From: Octopus vulgaris
Lineage: Eukaryota
Direction of reading: 5' to 3'
DNA length: 64,000 nucleotides
Assembly (NCBI GenBank): GCA_951406725.2
Contig: OX597819.1
Span: 133,920,001-133,984,000, forward strand
In this document: piece after piece, positions 25,166 to 38,136 of the stretch
Layout: each line of letters starts with the position of its first letter
Numbering within the stretch: the stretch's first letter is position 1
The notes under the pieces: model-generated
Seen by the model: the letters and a program-made list of their open reading frames with translations, nothing else
What the model was told of the DNA's origin: nothing
Database searches by the model: none
Position numbers and translations under genes: made by a program

Positions 25166-26092
25166 CTTTATTTTAAGCAGCAGAAAATTCAACAAAATCT
25201 GTTACTCTGAGTTTCTCGTTGCCGTTCATCAGACAGTTTTTGCTAGAATGGAACTTATATATTAATTCAATCTATACTCTTACAAACGCTACACCTTTAA
25301 AAAGAAATGGACTTGTTTGATTGGCCCTTTAGAAAAAACGGTCAATCTTCGAGCGATAAACAAAAAGGTCAAAAATATATGTATATATATATAAAAAAAC
25401 TTATAAAAATTATAAAATCCGAGGAAAAAACCTATTGCCGTTAATGAGGGGAAACGAAAGAAAGGGAAAGAGAGAAAAAGGAACTCCCCCTCCTTGCTCA
25501 GTATATGAGAATTGCTACATAGATGAATTTTAGCTTGCGTGCGCTACGGTTTGCGTGAATATATGTACACATGCTTTTATGTGTATATTTAGATTCATAT
25601 TCATACGTCTGTATATGTATGTATGGCGTTTACGCGCATCCTTTTGTGTATGTTGATATATATATGTAGATTTTAATATAAATATGTATTGCAGTATTTA
25701 TAACAGGTTTAATTTCTATGCATTAATTTGTACTGTCTTCATTAACGGCAATAGGTTTTTTCCTCGGATTTTATAATTTTTATAAGTTTTTTTATATATA
25801 TATACATATATTTTTGACCTTTTTGTTTATCGCTCGAAGATTGACCGTTTTTTCTAAAGGGCCAATCAAACAAGTCCATTTCTTTTTAAAGGTGTAGCGT
25901 TTGTAAGAGTATAGATTGAATTAATATATAAGTTCCATTCTAGCAAAAACTGTCTGATGAACGGCAACGAGAAACTCAGAGTAACAGATTTTGTTGAATT
26001 TTCTGCTGCTTAAAATAAAGCATATTACTCTACCACTGGTATTTGAGTACTCTTTTTTCCACCTTGTTTCACATTTATGTGTTTACTCCGGT
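25166..26092 (+). mobile_element. Non-coding PLE-like element with 282-bp inverted repeats, each carrying a hammerhead
   Basis: 25166-25447 is the reverse complement of 25739-26020 (no mismatch seen); 291-bp spacer; ~70-nt tail beyond the right arm. Confidence 0.88.
25950..25987 (+). ncRNA. Minimal type I hammerhead ribozyme (mirror copy on minus strand at 25199-25236)
   Basis: CTGT-CTGATGA-ACGGCAACGA-GAAA-CTCAGAG-TA-ACAG. Confidence 0.8.
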
Positions 26093-26114
26093 ATGTATGT
26101 ATATAGATAGATAG

Positions 26115-26336
26115 GGCGGCTAGCTGGCAGACACGTTAGAGCGCCGGGCGAAATGCTTAGCGGTATTTCGTCTGCCGTTACGTTGTGAGTTCAAATTCCG
26201 CCGGGGTCGACTTTACCTTTCATCCTTTCGTCATCGATAAATAAAGTACCAGTTTCGCACTGGGGTCGATATAATCGACTTAATCCCTTTGTCTGTCCTT
26301 GTTTGTCTCCTCTATGTTTAGCCCCTTGTGGGCAAT

Positions 26337-26340
<4 letters not shown>
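26115..26340 (+). mobile_element. tRNA-derived SINE family B (CORE-like central domain)
   Basis: ggcggctagctggcaga..gagttcaaattcc..gtcgactttacctttcatcctttcg..aagtaccag; homologous to 35313-35545. Confidence 0.85.
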
Positions 26341-26370
<30 letters not shown>

Positions 26371-29265
26371 TACACACACACACAGATAAGCATGGTTTCC
26401 CTTTTTCAACTCCATTTGTATTTATTCTTTTGATGTTGTAATCATTTTCTGGCTAAAGTTGTCTGGTTGTGACGACAGTTTTGGCTGCTACTTATTTTTT
26501 TATCTTTTTATGCGTCATTGCACTTGTTCATTTTAGTCTACTAAACACTGCGCTCGAATCCTCGACAGAACAAATAAACAACAACCGAATTTTCTTCAAG
26601 CCAGGGAGTTTTGTAGAAAATCTGAAGATTTATTTTATTCACGACTTTCATGGAATTCATAAATTGGTCGCAACTATTTCTATTGCTTACTATTGAGAAA
26701 AACTACCAGCTTGTACTTCTGCTATTATATCCGAGGTAAATATTTTTTTAACATTTCACAATGGATGAAATCAAGCGATAAATGTTTGAGAGAAAGTTGT
26801 TATTTACCAGTTTTGTTATAATTTTATGTCAAACAAAAGATTGGTTTTATTTGATAAACTCAGATTTAGAAAGTAATCATGCAGTTTCGTGTTACTCCTG
26901 AGAATATCTCACCAAATATGAAATAAAGATGAAATGTGAATGGAGTCGGTTAAAAAGTGTAACCGTTCAGAAATAAAAATAAATAAATAAAATACACTAC
27001 TGACATACGAGGGGAATAGCCGGGCGGATAGTGTGTAGAAGAATTTACAACGATTAGCAACGATGAAGGTGAAAAGCTGCTTGTTAAGGGGCGAATTTAG
27101 CAAGTCAAACTGGTTTATAAAGCGATCGACCCAAACAATAATATAAAAGCACACAAACCGATAAACACAGGTATAGGGAAGAAGTCTAAGTGATTGTTAG
27201 AGGTGTGAGAAGATGGTCTGCTGGGATAAGCATCGTATGACTTCAATTTTGTATGAATATAGTCCGGAATCTTTTTGAATAACCACTGAGTAAGAAAGTT
27301 TTACCCCCAAAAGGATTAAATACCTCTCCGTGTTGGAAAAGATTGCTATGGTTATTGTTTCTTATATTTTTTAGCTCTAGAATGTATAACACCATATATA
27401 CACACACAAACACACACAAACACGCACACGCATAATTTAAGACGTTTTAGAATTCCCCTTTAAGTGTCAATAAATGATGCAAATGGAATTTGTTTGCCAT
27501 TGTTTCTTGGTTGATGCATGCGAAATTAAAACTGTTGATTTAAATGAATTTCGGTTCATTTGTCTCAACTGGTGCTTTTAACTAAACATTAGCGGACGAT
27601 AACTTTAGCCATGCAGGAAGATTCGAGATAGAAGATGCTATTAACGCAATTGCACAGATTGATGTGTTCTTGGTTACGGTTTTTGTTATGTTTACTAAGT
27701 TTAGAGATGTTATAATACGGAAGAGAGAGGAGAGTGCTATAAAAGTTACCATTCAGAAGTTAGTTGCTTCTAAGTTGAAATGCGGCGGTGTTTAACTTTT
27801 TCTTTTATCTCTGAGAGGAGTGATGGTCATAAAATATAATAAGTCCCAGTAAATATATGAAAGCGATGATTCAATCGACTCCATCCCGCGCATATCAATT
27901 TGTTGTCTTATAATACTGCTGACATCATTTCTCACTCCTCCCTTCCTGCTTGATTTAAACCACAAACCCTTCGGAGTAATCTTCCATTGATGCGATATCA
28001 CATAAACTTTATTATTATTTGATCTTTTGGCTTTATTGACTTCTTTTTCTCCTCCCTAATAAACTGCTCTACATACGAGATAGGTTTACAATCAATGCAG
28101 TTGATATTTTGAATGCGTTCTATTTCTACAACGTATTATATAGAATACTGCAGCCGCTATTCGATTAATATGTTGGGATGAAATGAAGAAGTATATAACG
28201 ATATAAAGAGATGTGAGACTCACAGAAATTGCTGGATCTGATAACTGATCAGAGATATTGCACTATATAATTATTTTAGTGTGATCAGATTTCCTTTTAT
28301 ATCAAATAACTTAACTGATGTTACTTTCCATTGATCTCCATTCTTGTCATAACATTACACATTTATACTGTCACTAAATTAATACATTTGTTTTCTGCAA
28401 ATATGCTCGGAATAAAATTTGGATAACCCCTAATCATTAGATTTCGGAAGAAAATATAACCTTTCATATCCATAAATTTGTGGGTGTTGCCAGCAGTGAG
28501 GCAACGCTTAAGCGTATACCACAATGGAATATATAAACCTTTAACTTAATAGATAAACCCGAAACATTTGAATCATTTTTAACTTTTCCTTTTATGCATC
28601 GGCACATTTTAAATGCTATTGCTTGTAAGTTTTATATGCATTAGCTGTTTCAACAAGCTAAATATATTTTTATTTTCAATTCACATCAAATTCTCTGTAT
28701 GTACAACCAGAGCATTAAACGAAGATGTGCTTTAACGCATTGCAATATATTACCATTTTATTCAAAAGTAAATATATTTTAATTTATTTGGAGAATTTAA
28801 ATCATTTGAAACCTCAGGCGTGGTAAATAAAATCGGACAGGAGAATGTAAATCAAAACAACATTTCTTGCACGAAAAATTTTCAGATAATTCGTTTCCAA
28901 ATGTGTGCATGCATACATAAGGTATGTTCAGTTATATATTCAATATTTATCTTGGTAATAAACGAACAGTGAATTTTTAACGGCTTTCAATAGTGGCCTA
29001 TAATTTAAAAATTTCCATGCACATATTTATACTTTTTATAAAATTATAGAATCGCTTAAATATATTACTTACAATAATTGTTGTAACTGAAGTGCATATT
29101 TTGAATATTCAAATAGGAGAAAGAAACTGCATTTCGAATCATAATATATAGGTAACCATTTTATCGTGTATATGAGAAAAAGCGAATATTCATCTCATGA
29201 GAAAGGAAAGCTGAATATATGAGTTGTGTGCCTAACTTAATGTAATTATATTATTATATTTCCCA

Positions 29266-29323
<58 letters not shown>

Positions 29324-29850
29324 ATATATATATATATATAATGGAAGGATCAATTTATCATGGACTTCAGGTTTTACCTATCGTCTTCTTCAACTTGTGA
29401 GACATTCAACCAATTACTGCAACTAATGATTTTATACTGGGAAGAAAGCTTCGTAAAAAAAAAAACGTTTGTGTTGATGGAATTTGCAATTTGTTGAATC
29501 AAATACACCGATTAGAATTATAATTCATTTAGTGAATAGAAATAAGTAAACAAATAAATGCTTAACTGTCAAGAAACAAATAAAATATAGCGAATGTGTA
29601 GAAGGTGTAGAGTAAGTATAAGTTTAGCGAGAGAGAAGAGAAAGAGTCAGGGAAAAAAAACCGATTGCAACGCTTATTACAGATACATTCTCATTCGATT
29701 AAGAAGAAAAAAATAATAGTTTAATGCAGATTAAGCAGGTTAGCTGGGAACTGGACTCGCTCTGACATCAGTTGTACGTTCAGCCCTCATGACTAGCAGT
29801 CCTGAATTATGAGAAGGTTATAGATATACATACGTATGTGTGTGTGTGTG

Positions 29851-29894
<44 letters not shown>

Positions 29895-30117
29895 TTACAC
29901 ACACACACACACGCATGTGTATATATATATACATATATTTACATATATATGCATACACAAACAAATATATTACTGTTTGTTTTTATGTTATAATTAAAAC
30001 CACTTTACATTAAATTTACAACCATTTGGTAGAGTACAAAGACCTAATGCTTTAACAACAATATTATTGACAATAGCTTTGAAGTTTTAGCCAGGTAAGC
30101 CATCATCAGATTGGTTT

Positions 30118-30292
<175 letters not shown>

Positions 30293-30691
30293 ATGTATAT
30301 ATAAAGAATGAAAGAAAGAAAGAGAAGATGAGGAAGAAACACAGAACAGAGACAGAAACGGAGGGAGGGAGAGTGTCCGTGTAGGAATATGTTGTCAACA
30401 CCGATGGCGCGTGCGTGCAGGTGCGTGTGTTCATATGATGTTACGATGTTATCTCGCTATGAATATGCATGCCCACGCGTGCGTATAAATATTCATCCCC
30501 GGATAACATGGTAACTATCATCCTCTCTTCTGCTCTCACACAAACAAAACAAATGGTGTACATAGAAATTAAGCTGTACATGGGAGTGATATTGAGTGAG
30601 TGTATGTACAAACATACACACGCAGTATGGTGTATGTAATGTGTGTAAATATGCAAAGTCGTTAATATGCTGTCAGTAGGATATTCCAAAG

Positions 30692-30739
30692 ATGGCAATC
30701 AGAAACAAACAGGATCCAAAACCGATGTTAGTTGAATTG
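30692..30739 (+). CDS. Candidate first coding exon (MAIRNKQDPKPMLVEL) of an unknown gene
   Basis: AAGATGG Kozak context, open frame and consensus donor GTAAGT at 30740; TATAAAT at ~30484. No homology recognised. Confidence 0.25.
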
Positions 30740-31128
30740 GTAAGTTATGCTTTTGAGCATCATACATATTCTCACAATCTATGATGTTGTTCGAAATATA
30801 TACACATAGACACTGATACAAACATTGACACGCACACAGACGCACACACGCACACGCACACACAAATATGCACGCTTACATACATACGTGCACGCACAAA
30901 CACACACATAATTATACGTGTGTGTGTGTGTGTTTGTGAAGTGTAAACAGGGTTAGCGGTTACAATAACCGACTAAGGGATAAAACATCCGTATATGCTA
31001 TCGGTATCCGTTACCCTATTATCCCCGGGCAGTGGTGTGCACGTAGAGTACAGGGAACAACAGGATAAACAAAGGATTATCAGGAACCAATGCAAATAAT
31101 CAGAAAATAGAGAAAACCTCAGATTAAC

Positions 31129-31411
31129 AAACACATTGATTGGACCACATTTATAGCTTGTTTTTTAATACAAAGCCATGATATAACAAATAGGTGACGT
31201 GTCATATCTTGCGGCTGTTTCCGATCCGTTGCCAAAATGCTGTCTATAAATAAGTGCCTCAATTCGAATGTCCTATGTAGATGAAGGACTTTGTTTTCGC
31301 ATTTATTTATACACAGCATTTTGGCAACGGATCAGAAACGGCCGTAAGATATGTTCCGTCACCAATTTGTATTAAAAAATAAGCTATAGATGTGGTCCAA
31401 CCGATGTGTTT
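31129..31411. repeat. Inverted repeat (~120-bp arms) containing a hammerhead 3' half
   Basis: 31129-31257 pairs with 31299-31411; GAAACGGCCGTA-AGATAT at 31335. Confidence 0.75.
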
Positions 31412-31639
31412 CTCCATTTTCTGATTATTTACATTTATATACATACATACATACATACGTACATACATACATACTAACATACATACACATATATACATAC
31501 ATGTGTGTGTGTGTGTTTATTCGTAATAGATTAGCTGACAATTGTTGCTCTTATCAAATTCAAATTTTTATTTCAACAATATAAATAAACTGAATATTTA
31601 ATAATAAGAAAGACAACCACAACAATATTGATAATTGTT

Positions 31640-31830
31640 TCTTTTATAGGATGAAGGACCAAACTTTTGGGTAAGTGTGATACAAGGTTACATCGACCCC
31701 GCTACTTCACTGGCCCTTATTTTATCGATCCACAAAAGATGAAAGACACAGTTGATTTCGGTGACATTTAAACTCAGAACGCAAAGCGTCAGAAGAAACG
31801 TCCTTAAGCATTTTGTCCGACGCGATAAAG
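31640..31830 (-). mobile_element. Degenerate SINE family B
   Basis: catcgacccc..tttatcgatccacaaaagatgaaag..aactcagaacg is the reverse complement of family B. Confidence 0.7.
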
Positions 31831-31871
31831 ACTCTTCTAGTTGACAGTCTTCATAATGATGATGATGATCA

Positions 31872-32392
31872 TAATGAGAGAGGTAAAACGGTATGGCACA
31901 CCGGTAGCACAATGCAAATATGAAAGACGCCATGACGATGTGGCAAGAATGACCCTTTGCGAACTCTGTGGAAATCGAGGCCTACAAAGAGCAAAGACGT
32001 GGTATGAGAAAACTCCAGAAGGAGTCACAGAGAATGAAAATTTCAAAGTGCTGTGGGATGCAATGACCAGACATCGGAAACAGGACGTTGTTGTTGTGAA
32101 TAAATAAAAGAACATATATGATAATCGACATAGCGTACCCCGCTAACAACAGGATCAATGTGACTAAAAAAGAAAAAAATAAACAACTATGACGATTTGG
32201 AGTAAGAAATAGGAAGGATGTGGTCAATGAGGAGAGTAGACATGATGCGAATAGTGACTGGTGCACCTGAAAGTACCAGCACGCAACTACCAACAAGGCT
32301 GAAAGAGATTGGTGCAAGTGTGGAGGTAGAACACCTAGAAAAATCAGCATTGCTTGGTACTGCAAGAATTCCTCGCAGAGTTTTTGAAGCAT
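31872..32392 (+). mobile_element. R4/Dong-like RLE 3' fragment (paralog of 22351-22880)
   Basis: RRHDDVARM..LWDAMTRHRKQDVVV..EHLEKSALLGTARI. Confidence 0.85.
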
Positions 32393-32992
32393 GGGTCAAG
32401 CCTAGACTTCCTTGGGATTTTGGAAGGTAAAGGCGATCCACGTCTACCTCTGGGTGATGCATCTTATAACAAGCCAGCAGCTCACGTATTTTTCTGCCAC
32501 TTTTCTTTACTTCACTGTTATTCCAGTTCAACACAGATATAAGTAAAAAATTGGAACTGCTAAGGAATTTATGACTAACACTATGCTATTCGCATTTAGC
32601 TCAGATTTCAGGACTACTCGAACTCTCTTACAACGTTCATTCCTGACCTCATCTTTCATGCTTGCATGCTGAATTCCAAAGCCTTCATATATATTTGTAG
32701 GTTTGCTCTTGCTCAAGTTGTTTTATAAATATGCCAACATCAAATGCAACTGAATTTGACGCTTCAATTTCCCTTTCTGCAAAATGGCTTTGGCACATTT
32801 CTCAAGACCAAACTCCATCCCGATGTCATCCCTGAATGCTTCCACTGTACACAATAGTCATTCAAGAACATTATTGTTTTTTGCCATAGTGTTTTAAGTC
32901 TTCCATATAAAATAGTTGGGGCATTTTCTTGTTGTCAGTTTTATACCCACATTCAGTTCTGTCAAGTTTACTTGTAAGGGGTATTAGAGCTA
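32393..32992 (-). mobile_element. R4/Dong RT fragment (family of 5890-9680)
   Basis: LFYMEDLKHYG, GMEFGLEKCAK, VLKSELNA..INSLAVP, MHHPEVDVDRLYLP. Confidence 0.85.
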
Positions 32993-33049
32993 TGTTGTTG
33001 TTATTATTATCATTATTATTTTTATTGTTGAGTGAAAGAGCAGTGCATG

Positions 33050-33155
33050 CAAAATTGACCTCGGCGGAATTTGAACTCCGAATGCAATGACGGACGAAAT
33101 GCCACAAAGCATTTTGCCCAGCGCGCTAACGATTCTGCCAGCTCACCGCCTTAAT
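33050..33155 (-). mobile_element. SINE family B 5' fragment
   Basis: gacctcggcggaatttgaactc..ctgccagctcaccgcc. Confidence 0.75.
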
Positions 33156-33165
33156 ACTGCTAATA

Positions 33166-33204
<39 letters not shown>

Positions 33205-33689
33205 TTTAATTAAAAATTATCATCGATAGTTGCTCTGTGATCATAAAAGAGAACATTTGTAAATGTTTGCTCTCCTCTAGATTCAAATTTTAATTTCTGC
33301 ACCACTGTACATCTCTGTTTTGATCGATTTGGTTTCTGTATCGAACGCATTTGTTTGGTAAATACTAAAGCATGAACTTGCTTGCTTGATTATGTACTTT
33401 TATCAGATAATACAGCACTTAAGTTAACATGGGAAATCTTGACTAAATATAATCTGCCAAAGAAGGAACCGACAGAGGAACCTAAATGTCGTCAGTATTT
33501 ATCAAGGCTCATCCTCAAGACTAACAGCGGTTCCATTATGTTTACCAAAGTTTTCTCGTGATGGTCTTGCGTAATGCAAATTTTCTATGATAAAAAATAT
33601 CGAATATTTTGTTAGATTTATTGATTTAGCCTCGATTTAGCTGGCGAGGCGAGTAGGCCAGGGTTCCCCCTGGGTCGGAAAGCTAATTC

Positions 33690-33822
33690 GTTGCATGGGT
33701 TCTTATTTGCAGCTGAGTGGAGAAGGGAAATGTGAAATGGAGTGTTTTGCTCAAACACACAGCACGTCGCAGTAATCGAGCCCGCGACCTGGCGATCACG
33801 AGTGCAACACCCTAACCACCTT
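33690..33822 (-). mobile_element. Degenerate tRNA-SINE head
   Basis: cagctgagtgg..tgttttgctcaa..gcaacaccctaaccac is the reverse complement of a SINE head. Confidence 0.6.
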
Positions 33823-35097
33823 TACAGATATATATCTGTATAATGTTATTGAATTCTCAAGTGTTCTTCCTTTTTCAAATGATTGTAACTCGAGGAAGAT
33901 TTTGTTACTTTTTCTAGCAGCTGGAGCAACCACGCCTACGCTTCCTTTTCGTTTCATCTGAATTTTATTTCCAATGAACATAACATTTGTAAAGACATTT
34001 GTTTTATATTCCAATCTTTAAAGAACTAAAGTTTCCGATGATGAAACTAAATCGATAGGGCCTATTATTGTGTTGTAGTATCCAAATTTCAACAATACAA
34101 ATAGACTTAATTAATGCCATAAATTAATGCAATATTACCAGAAAAGGAATATTGTAATTTAACATAATTTTGCCTTAAAATGAGGGTTAATCATAACTAT
34201 ACGGAGATGATATACTTCACAATCAAAGATAATCGAGAGAAGTGTTACTACTGATTGCTCTTGCAAAATTTAAATAAATGATTAATTGCGTTCACTGCAT
34301 CCCACTGAGAAGTGTGAAAGGATAATGTAGTTAAGAAATTTAGCAGTCCGAATCACGTGAGAAAAGGAATTATCGATGACTTGGAGAAAACCTGAGTCTT
34401 TACCCGTTAAAGACAGCCACTGGTCTGGTGGTGACGTTAAACTGGGCAGCAGCTTGCATTTTTGTTTATGAAAGGCGGGACAATCATATTTGGAAAAGCT
34501 TTTTGTCATAGATTTTCTCAATCGTAGATAAACAGCAGCTAAAGGAATTATCTTCATGTTTCAATTTAAATATTAATTGCAAAACGAATTGACAATGTTA
34601 ATATTCGTTCATTGTTAATAATTGAAACAATATAACTTCCCTTCATACTTTTGGTTACTGAAATATAAATGAATTTTTAACTATTTGTACATATGTACCC
34701 ACACGTGTATGTATCTACTTGCGTGTGTGAGTGAGGAAGTGAGAGTGAATGTGTGTGTGTGTGTGTGTGCGTGTGTGTGTGCGTGTGTGTGTGTGCGTGT
34801 GTGTGTGTGCATGTATGGAATCCGAGTGTAGACGCGTATTGAGAGTGTTTGTTTCGTTTTTCACGAAATTTGACCATTCACCGAAAATTGCCAATACAGA
34901 AAATTAGTTGATTTGGGCAGATAAGAAAAAGAAATCCAAATGATTTTTGTCATTTCTTGAGCTATGTAGCTTCCATTAGCTTCAACTTCATCGGACGCTT
35001 AATTTTCCATCGAATAAATGGATATTTAATTGTCCTTCAAAGAAGCATAACATAAAACTATTTTATTATTGAAAACTGGAAAACACATCTGTGCTTC

Positions 35098-35282
35098 TGT
35101 TATGTCGCACATTCGGATGCCTCCACTACCCAACTCTCACCGCTACTCTGCTACTCAACTGTGCTTGTCTACTACTGTGCTCTTGTCTACTCCATTGTTC
35201 TAGTCTACGATGTCTAGACTTCTCCTTCTATATCTACGTATTGGGCGAGCCTATTTCGTCGTCTGGGGGCGTCCACACAACA
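35098..35282. mobile_element. Solo LTR (185 bp)
   Basis: TGTT...AACA termini flanked by 5-bp direct repeat GCTTC (35093-35097 and 35283-35287). Confidence 0.65.
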
Positions 35283-35312
35283 GCTTCACATCAAATATAT
35301 TTGGGCTTTGAA

Positions 35313-35545
35313 AGGTGGCAAGCTGGCAGAAACGTTAGCACGCCGGGAGAAATGCTTAGTGATACTTCGTCTGAGTTACCTTCTGAGTTCAAATTCCGCC
35401 GAGGTCGACTTTGCCTTTCATCCTTTCGGGGTCGATAAATTAAGTACCAGTTACGCACTGGGGTCGATGTAATCGATTTAATCCGTTTGTCTGTCCTTGT
35501 TTGTCCCCTCTATGTTTAGCCCCTTGTGGTTAGTAAAGAAACAGA
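35313..35545 (+). mobile_element. SINE family B, full length
   Basis: Homologous to 26115-26340. Confidence 0.85.
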
Positions 35546-35953
35546 TATTTGGGCTTTGAAAAAGTATCAAAAAACATACAATTGTACCAGAGCCTCGTGG
35601 AGAAAAGGTTTACAATGGGATTGATATATTTTTAGATAGTAAAAGGACACAGAAATATTTTAGAAACTCGAAGAATCCTTGACATAGGGATTATCAAATT
35701 ATCACCGAAAACAAACTGCGAGTTCTCAATAGAATTGTCTAAGTTTATAAATACAAAACCTAGCATTGCGTGGCGATAAACAATAGAAAGCAATTTTGAA
35801 AATTTCACAAGCTTAATATTTCTTTTTAAATTTGATTTTATATTCAAAGAACATCTCAGTGATGAAGAAAAGAACCATAGATCATACATTTGTAGCGTGA
35901 ATATAAACTACTAAGGGTTTCAGCCTTTCACTACAAATCTGGATAGAACATTC

Positions 35954-36125
35954 CTCATCATCATCATCATCATTGTTCGACCGTGGTCGAGACAATGGAA
36001 TTTACCATGCTACGCCAGACTTCACGGTCCATCATGGCATTACGGAGGTCCTGTTGTTGGATGTCTGTATCTCTGGAGATTACATCAGGGTAGGAGAGTG
36101 TGCGCCCTCTGGTATTGCGAGTAGA
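35954..36125 (-). mobile_element. RTE-clade LINE 3' end with (ATG)n tail
   Basis: RGRTLSYPDVISRDT..DLRNAMMDREVWRSMV, followed directly by a tgatgatga tail. Confidence 0.75.
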
Positions 36126-36714
36126 TTCCTGTTTGAGTGTGTGTGTCCTCAATGACTGGTTTTGTTGAAGATGAAACACATCGACAGCAAACAGCAATAA
36201 GAGTTGCTTTTGTTGATATTAATTGGAAGAAAATAACGAGTTTTATAAAGGATAGTTTATCGAATTTACCGAATTGAAACAAACAGGTGCAGCAAATATG
36301 GTGAATTAATTCTTGATCAATTTATAAAAAACAAAATGTCATTGGAAAACTGTCGTCCTCAAAGCGATGGCCGTTTATAAAGGTTATCTTATTACTGGAA
36401 ACATGCTAAGGTAGTTTAAAATCGTGCAGGAAAAGAAAATTTTGCAATCTTTCAGCGTTATCGTTTTATTTTCACAGTGTGCAATAGCTGCTGCTTCTGC
36501 TATGGCTACAACAAAACCAACTCCGACTTGCACTGATACAAGCCCTTCCTTATAAGATCTCTGCTGAGCTAATTGTAGAAATTCGTGATTCCGTAACGGT
36601 AACCAAGAATCATAATATGATCTACAACGACACTGTGATAGATCGAGGTCGATGGAACTGAAAATACACCACTACGATAGATTAGTGAATGAATACTCAA
36701 TTGGCCAACAAAAT

Positions 36715-37235
36715 GTCAAATTAACGATTGCGACTTTTAGAATTCGTGTTGTGTGTTTAGCGAAGAAAAAAACCATAGAAAAGATGTTTCCCTATCACAA
36801 TATTCAAATGCTAACAGCGAAAAAAAAGTTTATGAATGGTTACTCTTTTCACCATTCAAAGATTGTTTATATTGCATTTTATGCTGTCTTTTGTCCGAGA
36901 AATAATTTCCTGCTGCAATATCAGAATCTAATAACTAGAAACAGATCGATATCGGTAAAGGACTGGAGAATTACAGGTGCCGATCGGAATATTCGATTTA
37001 GCACAAAGAAAGTGATTGCCCGCGTTCTACATTGCTAAGTGAGCATCGTTCACTAAGGAGTACTAGCATAAGTAGAGTAATGTCTGACATCTGACTTCAA
37101 TTCACCCTCATTGTTACTTTTTCCAGGTGGGAAGAATTTATCCACGAGGGCACAGCATTCCGTTCATACACTACTACGATGGTTCCGGTGAATATAATTC
37201 AAATTTGTCAGGAATCTATTCTGGACTTCAAATTC
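36715..37235 (+). mobile_element. Possible degenerate APE endonuclease (LINE ORF N-terminus)
   Basis: KLTIATFRIR..KKK..F..HNIQML resembles the APE motif I xIATFNVR; the rest is weak. Confidence 0.35.
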
Positions 37236-37249
37236 AGTGTCTGCGTGCA

Positions 37250-37287
<38 letters not shown>

Positions 37288-37727
37288 GTAAGTACTCTCA
37301 CTATGGCCTACTTCCAGCACCATGAAGCCTTGCTCGAAACGCAGCCGGTTATCAGGCCACGTAGCAAGATAACCGGCTGTTATCTGAAATGACACTGAAT
37401 TGACAAATCCTACAGAACACCGACTGCCTTACACCAACATCCTGTCTTCTCTACAACTTGGAACATATAATGCAAGAATAGCTGCCCTTACCTATCCAAA
37501 GTATCCCTGTGTCCCGAACTAACCAATGACAGCCCCAAATATTCCCTCCTATAAATCCTTTTAGAAAATTTTAAAAGTCGTCTTTAGTTCGGCTTCTTAC
37601 GTCTGATGTGGACATGTTACGAGTCGACGAGACCAAGTAATCTGGTACTTCCTCTTGTTATTAAATACGTCAGCGCGGGTTGTTGGTGGTGCTGTTGTTG
37701 ATGTTGATGATGATGATGATGATGATG

Positions 37728-37784
<57 letters not shown>

Positions 37785-38081
37785 GTGTTTGCGCATCGCA
37801 AGACACATTTATAACAAAATAAAACATTTCGAAATTTAAAGCTTATCATGAAATTACAAAATATTCCATTTGAAATATACAGTCACACACAACCACATAC
37901 ACAAAGAAATACACACACACACACACACGCAAACATCTACGCAATGCTTATTATGCAGCGTGTGATTAGCTATCGATCACGAAGAACAGCAAGTTACGAC
38001 TTCCGGTGGAACACGGCGTTGTTGCTGTATCAATATACAACGTCAACTGCAGAAACGGCTGAGCTGTTGGAATCTACATAC

Positions 38082-38136
<55 letters not shown>

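Noticed and set aside
29355-29405. Minus-strand hammerhead-like motif TTGAAGA..AAAA
   Set aside because: Both core segments are mutated.
30968-31030. GGGATAA/TTATCCC stem with CCGACTA
   Set aside because: Does not fit a ribozyme core; insufficient evidence.
37039-37190. Short intron and exon (gtgagc..ttttccag)
   Set aside because: Lies in a probable decayed LINE endonuclease region and gives no recognisable peptide.
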